DNA of 60,000 bases from Squalus acanthias (taxonomy: Eukaryota), in assembly GCA_030390025.1 (NCBI GenBank), contig CM059431.1, forward strand, positions 112,718,001-112,778,000, written 5' to 3'. Below are positions 51,201 to 58,497 of the stretch, one piece after another (positions within the stretch are counted from its first letter, which is position 1; every line of letters begins with the position of its first letter). Under the pieces are notes generated by a model that did no database searches, was not told the DNA's origin, and saw only the letters and a list, made by a program, of their open reading frames with translations. The translations under genes and the position numbers were made by a program.

Positions 51201-54200
51201 CACCTACAGGCATAAATGGTACAGCAAGCAAATGTTGACACCTGAATGCATTTTCACAAAGATAGCATGACAGGACTTTTCAATAGAATAGAATGTTGAA
51301 CCCACTCAGCAATTTTAATATATATTTATATTCTAAATTTAATCCTTTGTTTCCTCATTAATTTTGTCCACCCATTTTCTTCCACCCAGTCCTACATTCA
51401 TTAACTCCTTGCTGGAGAGTTTCAGGGTTGGTCGTCACCATCCAGTGCCGTGCCCAATTAGCTACTTTCATGCGACGAGAGTCTTTATAGTCAGTCAGAA
51501 GACACTTTGATTACAGTCTGATCCTGCCATTATCTGAAGTTCACGCAGACTCTTCCAGCAAGCATTACACACCAAAAGGTGGCACTTCAGGCTAGGTTTT
51601 CCATCCCCACTCCAGGGCAGCTAAGTCTACCCATAGCACCGCAATGGCTAGCATTCAACAACTTGTATTTATATAGTGCCTTTAACATAGAAAAACATCC
51701 CAAGGTGCTTCACAGAAGCGTAAACAGACAAAAAAGAGACACCGAACCAAAGCATATTAGGAGGGGTGACCAAAAGAAGTGGATTTTAAGGAGTCTTAAA
51801 GGAGGAGAGGGAGGTGGAGCGGTGGCGAGGAGTAGGGAAGGAACTCCAGAGCTTAGGGCTTAGATAGCTAAGGCATGGCCGTCAATGGTTGGGGCCAAGT
51901 GAGCGGGCTGAAGGCATGGCCGTCAATGGTTGGGGCCAAGTGAGCGGGCTGAAGGTATGGCCGTCAATGGTTGGGGCCAAGTGAGCGGGCTGAAGGCATG
52001 GCCGTCAATGGTTGGGGCCAAGTGAGCGGGCTGAAGGCATGGCCGTCAATGGTTGGGGCCAAGTGAGCAAGCTGAAGGCATGGCCGTCAATGGTAGGGAG
52101 AAGCGAGCGGGCTGAAGGCATGGCCATCAATGGTGGGGAGAAGCGAGCGGGCTGAAGGCATGGCCATCAATGGTGGGGAGAAGCGAGTGAGCTGAAGGCA
52201 TGGCCATCAATGGTGGGGAGAAGCGAGTGGGCTGAAGGCATGGCCATCAATGGTGGGGAGAAGCGAGTGGGCTGAAGGCATGGCCATCAATGGTGGGGAG
52301 AAGCGAGCGGGCTGAAGGCATGGCCATCAATGGTGGGGAGAAGCGAGCGAGCTGAAGGCATGGCCATCAATGGTGGGGAGAAGCGATGGGCTGAAGGCAT
52401 GGCCATCAATGGTGGGGAGAAGCGATGGGCTGAAGGCATGGCCGTCAATGGTGGGGCGAAGCGAGTGGACTGAAGGCATGGCAGTCAATGGTGGGGAGAA
52501 GCGAGCGAGCTGAAGGCATGGCAGTCAATGGTGGGGAGAAGCGAGCGGGCTGAAGGCATGGCCATCAATGGTGGGGAGAAGCGAGTGGGCTGAAGGCATG
52601 GCAGTCAATGGTGGGGAGAAGCGAGCAGGGGGGGGGGGGATGTACAAGAAGCCAGAGTCAAAGAAAAGCATCCCAATTTCCCCCTTCCCACCCAGTTTTC
52701 TTCTCCATTCTCTCCTTTTAGAGGGAATGGTGGCATAGTGGTTATGTTACTGGACTAGTAATCCAGAGACCTGGACTAATGATCTGGAGACGCGAGTTCA
52801 AATCACATCACGGCAGCTGGGAAATTTAAACTCAGTTAATTAAATAAATTTGAAATGAAAAGCTAGTATCAGTAACGGTGACCATGAAACTATCAGATTG
52901 TCATAAAAACCCATCTAGTTCACGAATGTCCTTTAGGGAAAGAAATCTGCCATCCTTCCCTGGTCTGGCCTATATGTGACTCCAGACCCACAGCAATGTG
53001 GTTGACTCTTAACTGCCCTCTGAAATGGCCTAGCAAGCCACTCAGTTGTAAAAAACCGCTACGAAAAACAAAAGGAATAAAACCGGACGGACCACCCGGT
53101 ATCGACCACAGCACCGGCTACGGACACGACAACGGCACACCCAGCCCAGTCAAACCTGCAAATTCCTCCTCACCAACATCTGGGGGCTTGTGCCAAAATT
53201 GAGAGAGCTGTCCCACAGACTAGTCAAGCAACAGCCTGACAGTCATACTCACAGAATCATACCTTTCAGCCAAGGTCCCAAACTCCTCCATCACCATCCC
53301 TGGGTATGTCCTGTCCCACCGGCAGGACAGACCCACCAGGGGTGGCGGCACAGTGGTATACAGTCAGGAAGGATGGCCCTGGGAGTCCTCAACATTGACT
53401 CCGGACCCCATGAAGTCTCATGGTTTCAGGTCAAGCATGGGCAAGGAAACCTCCTGCTGATTACCACCTACCGCCCTCCCTTAGCTGATGAATCAGTACT
53501 CCTCCATGTTGAACACCACTTGGAAGAAGCAGAGTAGCAAGAGCACAGAATGTACTCTGGGTGGGGGACTTCAATGTCCATCACCAAGAGTGGCTCGGTA
53601 GCACCACTACTGACTGGCCGAGTCCTGAAGGACATAGCTGCCAGTCTGGGCCTGCGACAGGTGGAGAGAGAATCAACACGAGGGAAAAACCTACTTGACC
53701 TCGTCCTCACCAATCTACCTGTCGCAGATGCATCTGTCCATGACTGTGGTGGTCACTGCTACCAATACTGTCATTGTGGAGACAAAGTCCCGTCTTCACA
53801 CTGAGGACACCCTCCATCGTGTTGTGCGGCACTACCACCGTGCTAAATGGGATAGATTCAGAACAGATCTAGCAGCTCAAAACTGGGCATCCATGAGGCG
53901 CTGTGGGCCATCAGCAGCAGTAGAATTGTATTCCACCACAATTTGTAACCTCATGGCCGGGCATATCCCTTACTCTACCATTACCATCAAGCCAGGGGAC
54001 CAACCCTGGTTCAATAAGGAGTGTAGAAGAGCATGCCAGGAGCAGCACCAGGCATACCTAAAAATGCGGTGCCAGCTTGGGGAAGCTGCAACACAGGACT
54101 ACATGCATGCTAAAAAGCGGAAGCAGCATGCTATAGATAGAGCTAAGCGATCGCACAATCAACGGATCAGATCAAAGCTCTGCAGTCTTGCCACATCCAG

Positions 54201-57200
54201 TCGTGAATGGTGGTGGACCATTAAACAACTAAAGGGAGGAGGAGGCTCCATGAATATCCCCATCCTCAATGATGGTGGAACCCAGCACGTGAGTGCAAAA
54301 GACAAAGCTGAAGCGTTTGCAACCACCTTCAGGCAGAAGTGCCGGGTGGATGATCCATGTCGGCCTCCTCCTGAGGTCCCCACCATCACAGAAGCCAGTC
54401 TTCAGCCAATTCGATTCACTCCACGTGGTATCAAGAAACGGCTGAGCGTACTGGATACAACAAAGGCTATGGGCCCTGACAACATCCCAGCTGTGGTGCT
54501 GAAGACTTGTGCTCCAGAACTAGCTGCACCTCTAGCCAAGTTGTTCCAGTACAGCTATAACACTGGCACCTATCCGACAACGTGAAAAACTGCCCAGGTA
54601 TGTCCTGTCCACAAAAGCAGGACAAATCCATTCCGGCCAATTACCACCCCATCAGTCTACTCTCAATCATCAGCAAAGTGATGGAAGGTGTCGTTGACAG
54701 TGCTATCAAGCAGCACTGACCAATAACCTGCTTACTGATGCCCAGTTTTGGTTCCACTAGGACCACTCGGCTCCAGACCTCATTACAGCCTTGGTCCAAA
54801 CATGGACAAAAAGAGCTGAATTCCAGAGGTGAGGCGAGAGTGACTGTCCTTGACATCAAGGCAGCATTTGACCGAGTGTGGCATCAAGGAGCCCGAGTAA
54901 AACTGGGTCAATGGGAATTGGGGAGGAAAACTCTCCACTGGCTGGAGTCATACCTAGCACAAAGGAAGATGGTTGTGGTGGTTGGAGGTCAATCACAGCC
55001 CCAGGACAGGACATCGCTGCAGGTGTTCCTCAGAACAGTGTCCCAGGCCCAACCATCTTCAGCTGCTTTATCAATGACCTTCCCTCCATCATAAGTGGGG
55101 ATGTTCGCTGATGACTGCAAAGTGTTCAGTGCCATTCACAACTCCTCAGATAATGAAGCTGTCCATGCGCACATGCAGCAAGACCTGGACGACGTTCAGG
55201 CTTGGGCTGATAAGTGACAGGTAAAATTCGCGCCACACAAATGCCAGGCAATGACTATCTCCAACAAGCAAGCGTCTAATCACCGTCCCTTGACATTCAA
55301 CGGCAATGTCATTGCCGAATCCCCCACCATCAACATCCTGGGGGGGGTCACCATTGACCAGAAACTTAACTGGGCCAGCCACATTAATACTGTGGCAACA
55401 AGAGCAGGTCAGAGGCTGGGTATTCTGTGGCAAGTGGCTCACCTCCTGACTACCCAAAGCCTTTCCAGCATCTCCAAGGCACAAGTCAGGAGTGTGATGG
55501 AATACTCTCCACTTGCCTGGATAAGTGCAGCTCCAACAACACTCAAGCAGCTCAACACCATCTAAGACAAAGTAGCCCACTTGATTGGCACCCTATCCAC
55601 CACCTTAAACATTCACTCCCTCCACCACTGGCGTACCTTGGCTAAGTGTGTACCATCTACAAGATGCACTGCAGCAACTCCCCAAGGCTCCTTCGACAGC
55701 ACCTCCCAAACCTGCGACCTCTACCACCTAGAAAGACAAGGGCAGCAGGCACATGGGAACACCACCACCTCCAAGTTCCACACCATCCTGACTTGGAAGT
55801 ATATCGCCATTTCTTCATCGTCGCTGGATCAAACACCTGGAACTCCCTCCCTACATTCACCACACAGACTGCAGCAGTTCAAGGCGGGGGCTCACCACCA
55901 CCTTCTCAAGGGCAACTAGGGATGGGAAATAAATGCTGGCCTTGCCAGTGACACCCACATCCCATGAACGAATAAAAAAACCTCCCTTTCTGGAGTATAA
56001 TTCCTCAGGCAGCAATTCCCCTCCAGTACCATGACAATATAATCATTCATCATTTGTGAACCTTCATAGTGTGTGCCGTCAGGCTATTTGCAGAGGACAG
56101 CACAGATGTACCTAATCTTGTATAGAAACTCGAAGTTGCAGCAGAGAATGCTGGATAGGAATTGAGCAGGTACACCGACCTTTTCTTTCCCACTCCCCTT
56201 CACATCCCTAACCCAGGGGTATTGCAAAATTGCAGTGCCACTACCAATGCCTCAGCTGAAAATTTAAGTACAGGAAGTGTTTCAAAGTTTTCTCCAGGTT
56301 TTCCACCTGATTGACAGGCTAGCTGCCTGTCGGGAAAGCCTGCAGAAGGACGGGAGGGGGGGTAAGCGTGAGAGGGCGATTTACAGGGTAGCTTGTTGGG
56401 CCTGGAGGAAATACTCCTGCTTCTCCTGGCCCATAAGCAATGCTGTAAATGCACTTACCTTACGGACCCAGCCCTTCTCACCTGTCGGGTTTCCTGAGGC
56501 CAGGAAAACCCAGCCGACACGAGTTAAAAATAGAAACTGTGTTAAAATGCAGGCACACAGCCTCCTTTTAAAGCTTTAAAATGACCGACCTGCCTCCTGA
56601 GAGTGGATTGGTCGCCCGCCCCTCATTCCCCCTCCGTTAAAACCATAAGTGGGCAGGCTGGAAATTTTTTAAATTTTAACTTCCCACCCGTTTGAGCATT
56701 CAAATTGCCCCCATATTCTCAAGGCAATGGCGACCAACACTAGTCGCCCCAAGTCTCAGTGTTATCAGCTATATGAGTATCTACTTTCTGAACATTGGAA
56801 GGAACTACAGAGACAAAGGACAGCGTGAGTCATGCTAGCCATCATGACCTCTCTAGTTTTTTTGCTTTCTTCACTTTGTATAAATATCTTGCCTCTACTG
56901 CATTCCTTCCCAGATGCTCAGTGCTTGGGGGAAAGAAGTGTGGGGTGAAAACTCTGAGTCAGTAGGATGCACAGACCACACAGTCAGTAATGAGTAACCA
57001 GGTTTACAGCATTGAGCTTGGACACCTTGGCTAAGTGTGTACCATCTACAAGATGCACTGCAGCAACTCCCCAAGGCTCCTTCGGCAGCACCTCCCAAAC
57101 CCGCGACCTTTACCACCAAGAAAGACAAGAGCAGCAGGCGCATGGGAACACCACCACCTCCAAGTTCCCCTCCAAGTCACACACCATCCTGACTTGGAAG

Positions 57201-57745
57201 TATATCGTCGTTCCTTCATCGTCGCTGGATCAAACACCTGGAACTCCCTCCCTAACAGCACTGTAGGAGTACATTCACCACACAGACTGCAGCAGTTCAA
57301 GGCGGCGAGAGAGAATCAGCCTCTAAACAAAGTATTAATGACACAAATCAATCAAAAAAAATCTAGAATCCTTACTGATAATGTGCAAGTCTTTCTCTAG
57401 ATCAAACAAGGAGAGGCCGCAAGCATGTAGACACTTCCTGGCTAGCTTGAGCTGCAGCTCCTGTTGAAGTACAGGCTCTGTGCTTGTTGCGTATATCCGA
57501 ACTACAAAACCATCCTACAAGAGAGGGGGGAATAATATTGCTGATTACCTCATGTAAACTTCATTAGGTAATAATGCATGCACCGAATTAAAACTGGATA
57601 GTACTGCCACCATAAAAATATACTCAAGCAAAATTGTTTGAAAAGTTCATTGTTACAAATAATATACTTGCATCTTTTGATGCTGTAATTTGATTGATGT
57701 ATTCTCCATCTGTGAAAAGGATGTTCTGTCCTTCAGCCTGACAAC
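99..57745 (-). CDS. MYCBP2: MYCBP2 (PAM/PHR1) E3 ubiquitin ligase, partial; 24 internal coding exons, gene extends beyond both window ends
   Basis: Spliced translation follows vertebrate MYCBP2 colinearly ([16 protein letters not shown]...[10 protein letters not shown]...[14 protein letters not shown]...NRFESHGGGWGY...GQIPQLLY...LNCLDQ). Exon lengths sum to 3365 nt with matching phases. Confidence 0.97.
1435..1627 (-). CDS. MYCBP2: MYCBP2 exon ([23 protein letters not shown]...CEIYPIS), 193 nt
   Basis: atatag| ... |gtacag, phase 0-1. Confidence 0.95.
3007..3579. mobile_element. Putative non-autonomous DNA transposon (GC-rich, imperfect terminal inverted repeats)
   Basis: Ends ggccagaatttta...taaaattcccacc; the 3' half is homologous to 56450-56715 (gcacttacct...cgggtt..cc.gaggcc..gaaaccc...atgacc..cctcctg.gag). 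Confidence 0.55.
3648..3744 (-). CDS. MYCBP2: MYCBP2 exon ([32 protein letters not shown]), 97 nt
   Basis: gtgcag| ... |gtgagt, phase 2-0. Confidence 0.94.
3879..3962 (-). CDS. MYCBP2: MYCBP2 exon, end of PHR domain ([27 protein letters not shown]), 84 nt
   Basis: tttcag| ... |gtatgt, phase 2-2. Confidence 0.95.
4050..4200 (+). mobile_element. Degenerate LF-SINE-like tRNA-derived SINE fragment
   Basis: ctttcaacct...ttcaaattcagcc...aagtctc...gtagtctcaaccc resembles a LF-SINE head and body; highly decayed. Confidence 0.35.
4444..4578 (-). CDS. MYCBP2: MYCBP2 exon, PHR domain ([44 protein letters not shown]), 135 nt
   Basis: tttcag| ... |gtaaga, phase 2-2. Confidence 0.95.
6560..7240 (+). mobile_element. 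Old, decayed CR1 LINE 3' fragments
   Basis: Remnants of CR1 RT and 3' motifs (tgtacatcaatgatttgga, ggaattcaatgtcaataaat, ttaagggatgattt). Confidence 0.55.
7827..7976 (+). repeat. Two 75 bp CpG-rich tandem monomers at the LINE 5' end
   Basis: ctcagagcggcggcggacctgcgggg...accaggtaggc at 7827 and 7902, one mismatch. Confidence 0.9.
8233..9183 (+). CDS. CR1 ORF1p: N-terminal Cys motif and coiled coil plus SGNH/GDSL esterase domain
   Basis: Uninterrupted 316 aa with CSSC, heptad [12 protein letters not shown], and SGNH blocks IGDSIV, PGA, HIGTND, DGLH. Confidence 0.92.
   Translation: MAGELGPVVCSSCVLWEIRDPSGVIDNHVYGKCIQLQLLADRITALELRLDAYWSIRDAENLLNSTFSKLVTPQAKGVQAGSKWVTTRQSKRCRQVVQGSHVDIPLSNRYTTLNTVGGDDLSGEGSSSQLPGTMGGSAAQAGRKKCGRAIVIGDSIVRGIDRRFCGCNRDSRMVCCLPGARVKDVSERLQNILEGEGEQPAVVVHIGTNDIGKKGDEVLKAEYRELGGKLKNRTSKVVISGLLPVPRASQSRNRRMFQINTWLEEWCKGEGFKFLGHWNRFWGRWDQYKPDGLHLGRAGTAVLGGVFASAVGEGLN
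9180..12126 (+). pseudogene. CR1 ORF2p (APE endonuclease plus reverse transcriptase) with one +1 frameshift (~9615) and one in-frame TAG (10246)
   Basis: Motifs [61 protein letters not shown] across ORFs 9267..9650, 9625..10248 and 10303..12126. Confidence 0.9.
12881..13260 (-). mobile_element. 5'-truncated CR1 3' end nested in the host CR1
   Basis: ORF 12978..13217 (C-terminal ESRTRGH...RRNFF...WNSLP) plus 3' UTR and tail aacataagaacataag. Confidence 0.85.
13805..14658. mobile_element. Putative non-autonomous DNA transposon nested in the host CR1
   Basis: Interrupts CR1 ORF2; ends ggctggaattttg...gcggg / cccgc...caaaatcgcggcc form imperfect inverted repeats. Confidence 0.65.
16367..16458 (-). 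CDS. MYCBP2: MYCBP2 exon, PHR domain ([30 protein letters not shown]), 92 nt
   Basis: tactag| ... |gtatat, phase 0-2. Confidence 0.95.
16874..17460 (+). mobile_element. Penelope-like element 3' fragment with inverted pseudo-LTR and hammerhead ribozyme cores
   Basis: 17011-17070 encodes [18 protein letters not shown] (GIY-YIG C-terminus typical of PLEs); 16874-17010 is the reverse complement of 17329-17460; CTGAYGA...GAAACGTT cores. Confidence 0.8.
17497..17624 (-). CDS. MYCBP2: MYCBP2 exon, PHR domain ([17 protein letters not shown]...GEYTAKIK), 128 nt
   Basis: gtttag| ... |gtgagt, phase 1-0. Confidence 0.95.
17733..17858 (-). CDS. MYCBP2: MYCBP2 exon ([14 protein letters not shown]...YSVVNRFE), 126 nt, start of PHR1 domain
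   Basis: aaacag| ... |gtaggt, phase 1-1. Confidence 0.95.
19545..19800 (+). mobile_element. L2-clade LINE 3' fragment
   Basis: GGRAFS...PKLWNSLP...FKTLLKT coding remnant plus aaaggtgctatataaatacaagttgttg tail. Confidence 0.8.
19910..20082 (-). CDS. MYCBP2: MYCBP2 exon ([14 protein letters not shown]...[10 protein letters not shown]...HGALHIL), 173 nt
   Basis: ccaaag| ... |gtatgg, phase 2-1. Confidence 0.94.
20154..21278 (-). mobile_element. 5'-truncated CR1 LINE (RT C-terminal half), sense to MYCBP2
   Basis: ORF 20225..21175 with [10 protein letters not shown] and FADD, followed by the 3' tail. Confidence 0.92.
22360..23083. mobile_element. Putative non-autonomous DNA transposon with internal hairpins and a tandem duplication
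   Basis: Ends gacccgtaatttgcgg / ccgcaaattcagggat; 26 bp hairpin at 22812-22867; ~72 bp AT-rich duplication at 22607-22753. Confidence 0.65.
23897..24050 (-). CDS. MYCBP2: MYCBP2 exon ([22 protein letters not shown]...DPVYDVIW), 154 nt
   Basis: atacag| ... |gtaatg, phase 1-2. Confidence 0.95.
24448..24652 (-). CDS. MYCBP2: MYCBP2 exon ([18 protein letters not shown]...[10 protein letters not shown]), 205 nt, GC donor
   Basis: ttgtag| acceptor; protein colinearity (IIG|LVPAS) requires the donor ATAG|gcaaga, phase 0-1. Confidence 0.92.
24715..25340 (-). mobile_element. Decayed L2-clade LINE 3' fragment
   Basis: Reverse complement resembles 19545-19800 and 36780-37150 (NSLPKP...LLKTHLF; tail). 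Confidence 0.7.
25864..25981 (-). CDS. MYCBP2: MYCBP2 exon ([10 protein letters not shown]...[22 protein letters not shown]), 118 nt
   Basis: tttcag| ... |gtaaga, phase 2-0; preceded by a 77 nt intron. Confidence 0.95.
26059..26140 (-). CDS. MYCBP2: MYCBP2 exon, RCC1-like repeat ([26 protein letters not shown]), 82 nt
   Basis: ctacag| ... |gtaaca, phase 1-2. Confidence 0.95.
26345..26790 (+). mobile_element. Decayed tRNA-derived SINE-like repeat (related pieces on the minus strand at ~51420-51640 and ~56030-56260)
   Basis: Motif-level similarity between the three regions only. Confidence 0.35.
28158..28277 (-). CDS. MYCBP2: MYCBP2 exon ([19 protein letters not shown]...[10 protein letters not shown]), 120 nt
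   Basis: tttcag| ... |gtatgc, phase 1-1. Confidence 0.95.
29165..29500 (-). mobile_element. CR1 3' fragment
   Basis: ORF 29166..29384 VRFWNLLP...FKRKLD plus tail. Confidence 0.75.
33425..33532 (-). CDS. MYCBP2: MYCBP2 exon ([35 protein letters not shown]), 108 nt
   Basis: cctcag| ... |gtactt, phase 1-1. Confidence 0.92.
34578..35974 (+). mobile_element. 5'-truncated CR1 LINE (RT region, frameshifted)
   Basis: ORFs 34778..34960, 34980..35300 and 35302..35865; tail cctatttcttatgttatg; same family as the 7243-16033 host. Confidence 0.92.
36025..36468 (+). mobile_element. Old DeuSINE (SacSINE1-like) copy
   Basis: gatgagacattaaatcgggg...aaagatcccatggcac Deu-type core; homologous to 41966-42434. 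Confidence 0.7.
36780..37150 (+). mobile_element. L2-clade LINE 3' fragment
   Basis: ORF 36760..37119 [16 protein letters not shown]...[10 protein letters not shown] plus tail. Confidence 0.8.
37528..37632 (-). CDS. MYCBP2: MYCBP2 exon ([34 protein letters not shown]), 105 nt (102 nt with distal NAGNAG acceptor)
   Basis: ttcttcag|cag|ga acceptor, |gtatgt donor, phase 1-1. Confidence 0.92.
38625..38770 (-). CDS. MYCBP2: MYCBP2 exon ([23 protein letters not shown]...PLDLLL), 146 nt
   Basis: ttttag| ... |gtgagt, phase 2-1. Confidence 0.95.
41966..42434 (-). mobile_element. DeuSINE (SacSINE1-like), well preserved
   Basis: tRNA head (TGGCTCAGTGG A box, GGTTCAAGTCC B box), Deu core (ggatgagacattaaaccgagg...taaaagatcccatggc), L2-type tail. 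Confidence 0.85.
42591..42725 (+). mobile_element. Penelope-like pseudo-LTR fragment (mutated hammerhead core)
   Basis: ttgatgaaagatcatcgacctgaaacgttaa...cagatgatgtctgacctgctgagt; homologous to 17333-17460. Confidence 0.75.
42840..43044 (-). CDS. MYCBP2: MYCBP2 exon, acidic and Cys-rich insert ([16 protein letters not shown]...CTVCGDC...RVPG), 205 nt
   Basis: gagtag| ... |gtgggt, phase 1-2. Confidence 0.95.
43173..43484 (+). mobile_element. HE1-type V-SINE
   Basis: tRNA head gggcagcacggtggcatagtggttagcact, V-domain tgtgtggagtttgcacattctccccgtgtctgcgtgggtttcctccggg, CR1-derived tail gatgggccgaaatggcct. Confidence 0.9.
44818..44976 (-). CDS. MYCBP2: MYCBP2 exon, RCC1-like repeat ([19 protein letters not shown]...[16 protein letters not shown]...GGK), 159 nt
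   Basis: aaatag| ... |gtaagc, phase 1-1. Confidence 0.95.
45096..45260 (-). CDS. MYCBP2: MYCBP2 exon ([13 protein letters not shown]...[15 protein letters not shown]), 165 nt
   Basis: ttgtag| ... |gttggt, phase 1-1. Confidence 0.94.
45313..45621. mobile_element. Tc1/mariner (pogo/Tigger-like) MITE, 309 bp
   Basis: Perfect 14 bp TIR CAGGTTGAGCGTCC, TA target duplication on both sides, internal TCCGG repeats. Confidence 0.88.
46240..46640 (+). mobile_element. CR1-type 3' fragment with a distinct 3' UTR
   Basis: ttcttttcccagagaatggtggacctctggaacaggctgcc coding remnant; ends ttttatgttc. Confidence 0.6.
47040..47244 (-). CDS. MYCBP2: MYCBP2 exon, RCC1-like repeat ([11 protein letters not shown]...GEDGES), 205 nt
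   Basis: ccctag| ... |gtacaa, phase 0-1; ORF 46972..47244. Confidence 0.95.
47903..48637. mobile_element. Putative non-autonomous DNA transposon containing a (GA)n microsatellite
   Basis: Ends gacttggattttgcgg / cctgcaaaatccggtcc; (GA)n at 48196-48226; internal inverted repeat cagcaacttcc/ggaagttgctg. Confidence 0.6.
50007..50083 (-). CDS. MYCBP2: MYCBP2 exon ([25 protein letters not shown]), 77 nt
   Basis: tatcag| ... |gtatgt, phase 1-0. Confidence 0.95.
51655..51870 (-). mobile_element. L2-clade 3' fragment adjoining the minisatellite
   Basis: caacaacttgtatttatatagtgcctttaac tail; ccagagcttaggg. Confidence 0.75.
51870..52628. repeat. Minisatellite, 19 copies of a 39-41 bp unit
   Basis: Unit gctgaaggcatggccRtcaatgg(t)tgggg...gagcgg; copies counted by the aatgg anchor. 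Confidence 0.95.
52724..55980 (+). mobile_element. Apparently full-length single-ORF LINE (APE-EN plus RT, CR1-group-like, decayed) with a tRNA-like 5' head
   Basis: A box 52731-52741, B box 52796-52804. Coding remnants [42 protein letters not shown] across ORFs 53190-55565. 3' end ...cccatgaacgaataaaaaaa. Confidence 0.88.
56265..56715. mobile_element. Putative non-autonomous DNA transposon related to 3007-3579
   Basis: Shared internal motifs; ends caaattgcccc. Confidence 0.5.
57024..57306 (+). mobile_element. Internal fragment of the 52724-55980 LINE family lacking its 3' terminus
   Basis: Near-identical to 55636-55886. Confidence 0.85.
57376..57514 (-). CDS. MYCBP2: MYCBP2 exon ([46 protein letters not shown]), 139 nt
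   Basis: ttgtag| ... |gtaagg, phase 0-1. Confidence 0.95.
57672..57745 (-). CDS. MYCBP2: MYCBP2 exon ([24 protein letters not shown]), 74 nt, GC donor
   Basis: ctccag| acceptor, |gcaagt donor, phase 1-0. Confidence 0.92.
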
Positions 57746-58199
57746 CTGGAGAGAGAAATTACATTAATTTGTAATCTATGTTTTAGTTTGGTCAGCACAA
57801 AACATTTAAGAATGCTTTGGAATTAAGGTAACAATCATGTATACACAAGCCTCTTGCAGCAATGATTTTAAACAAACAGTTTAACTTCGAGTTATCGATT
57901 TGTTTTAACAGCTAACCCTTTGGTCCAGGGGTTTGATTTGAGATTCTTTGATACTGAAGTTATTGTCCAATGCAGTATTTGCATCTGCAAAGCCCATACA
58001 CTGAACTGATCACTTCTCCTATTTACATCTCACCACTTAACAAGAAAATGTACACTCTAAGCTCTGCTTCCAATGGTCTTGGAAGCTGTGAAATACACAT
58101 TTTTTTTTAAGAATTGTGTCTCAAAAGGAAAGAGTCATTTAAAAAATGTTACAATGTCAAATCAAGAAGATGGGGTTTTGATAATAGTAGATAGGGGGA

Positions 58200-58497
58200 A
58201 GAGTAGATAGGGTGAAACTGTTTCCACCGGCAGGAGGGTCAGTAACCAGAGAGGACACTGACTGAGGATAATTAGCGAAAGAACCAGGGGAGATGAGCAT
58301 TTTTTTTTTAAACCACAGTGTGTTGATGATCTGGAATGCACTGCCTGAAAGGGTGATGGAAGCAGATTCTTCGATAGTAACTTTCAAAAGGGAGCTGGGG
58401 TTGAAAAGGAAAAAAAATACCGGCTATGGAGAAAAAAGCAGCCGAGTGGGAATAATTGGACAGCTCTTTACAGAGCTGGCACAGGCATGATGGGCCT
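58200..58497 (+). mobile_element. CR1 3' fragment; tail resumes at ~59981 after a nested LINE
   Basis: WNALPERVMEA remnant; atgggcctc | ...gcctccttctgtgctgta. Confidence 0.7.

Noticed and set aside
51870..52628. CRISPR-like regular array
   Set aside because: No unique spacers; the whole unit repeats, it is L2-derived, and the context is a vertebrate intron with no cas genes.
99..57745. U12-type introns in MYCBP2
   Set aside because: None of the donors matches RTATCCT.
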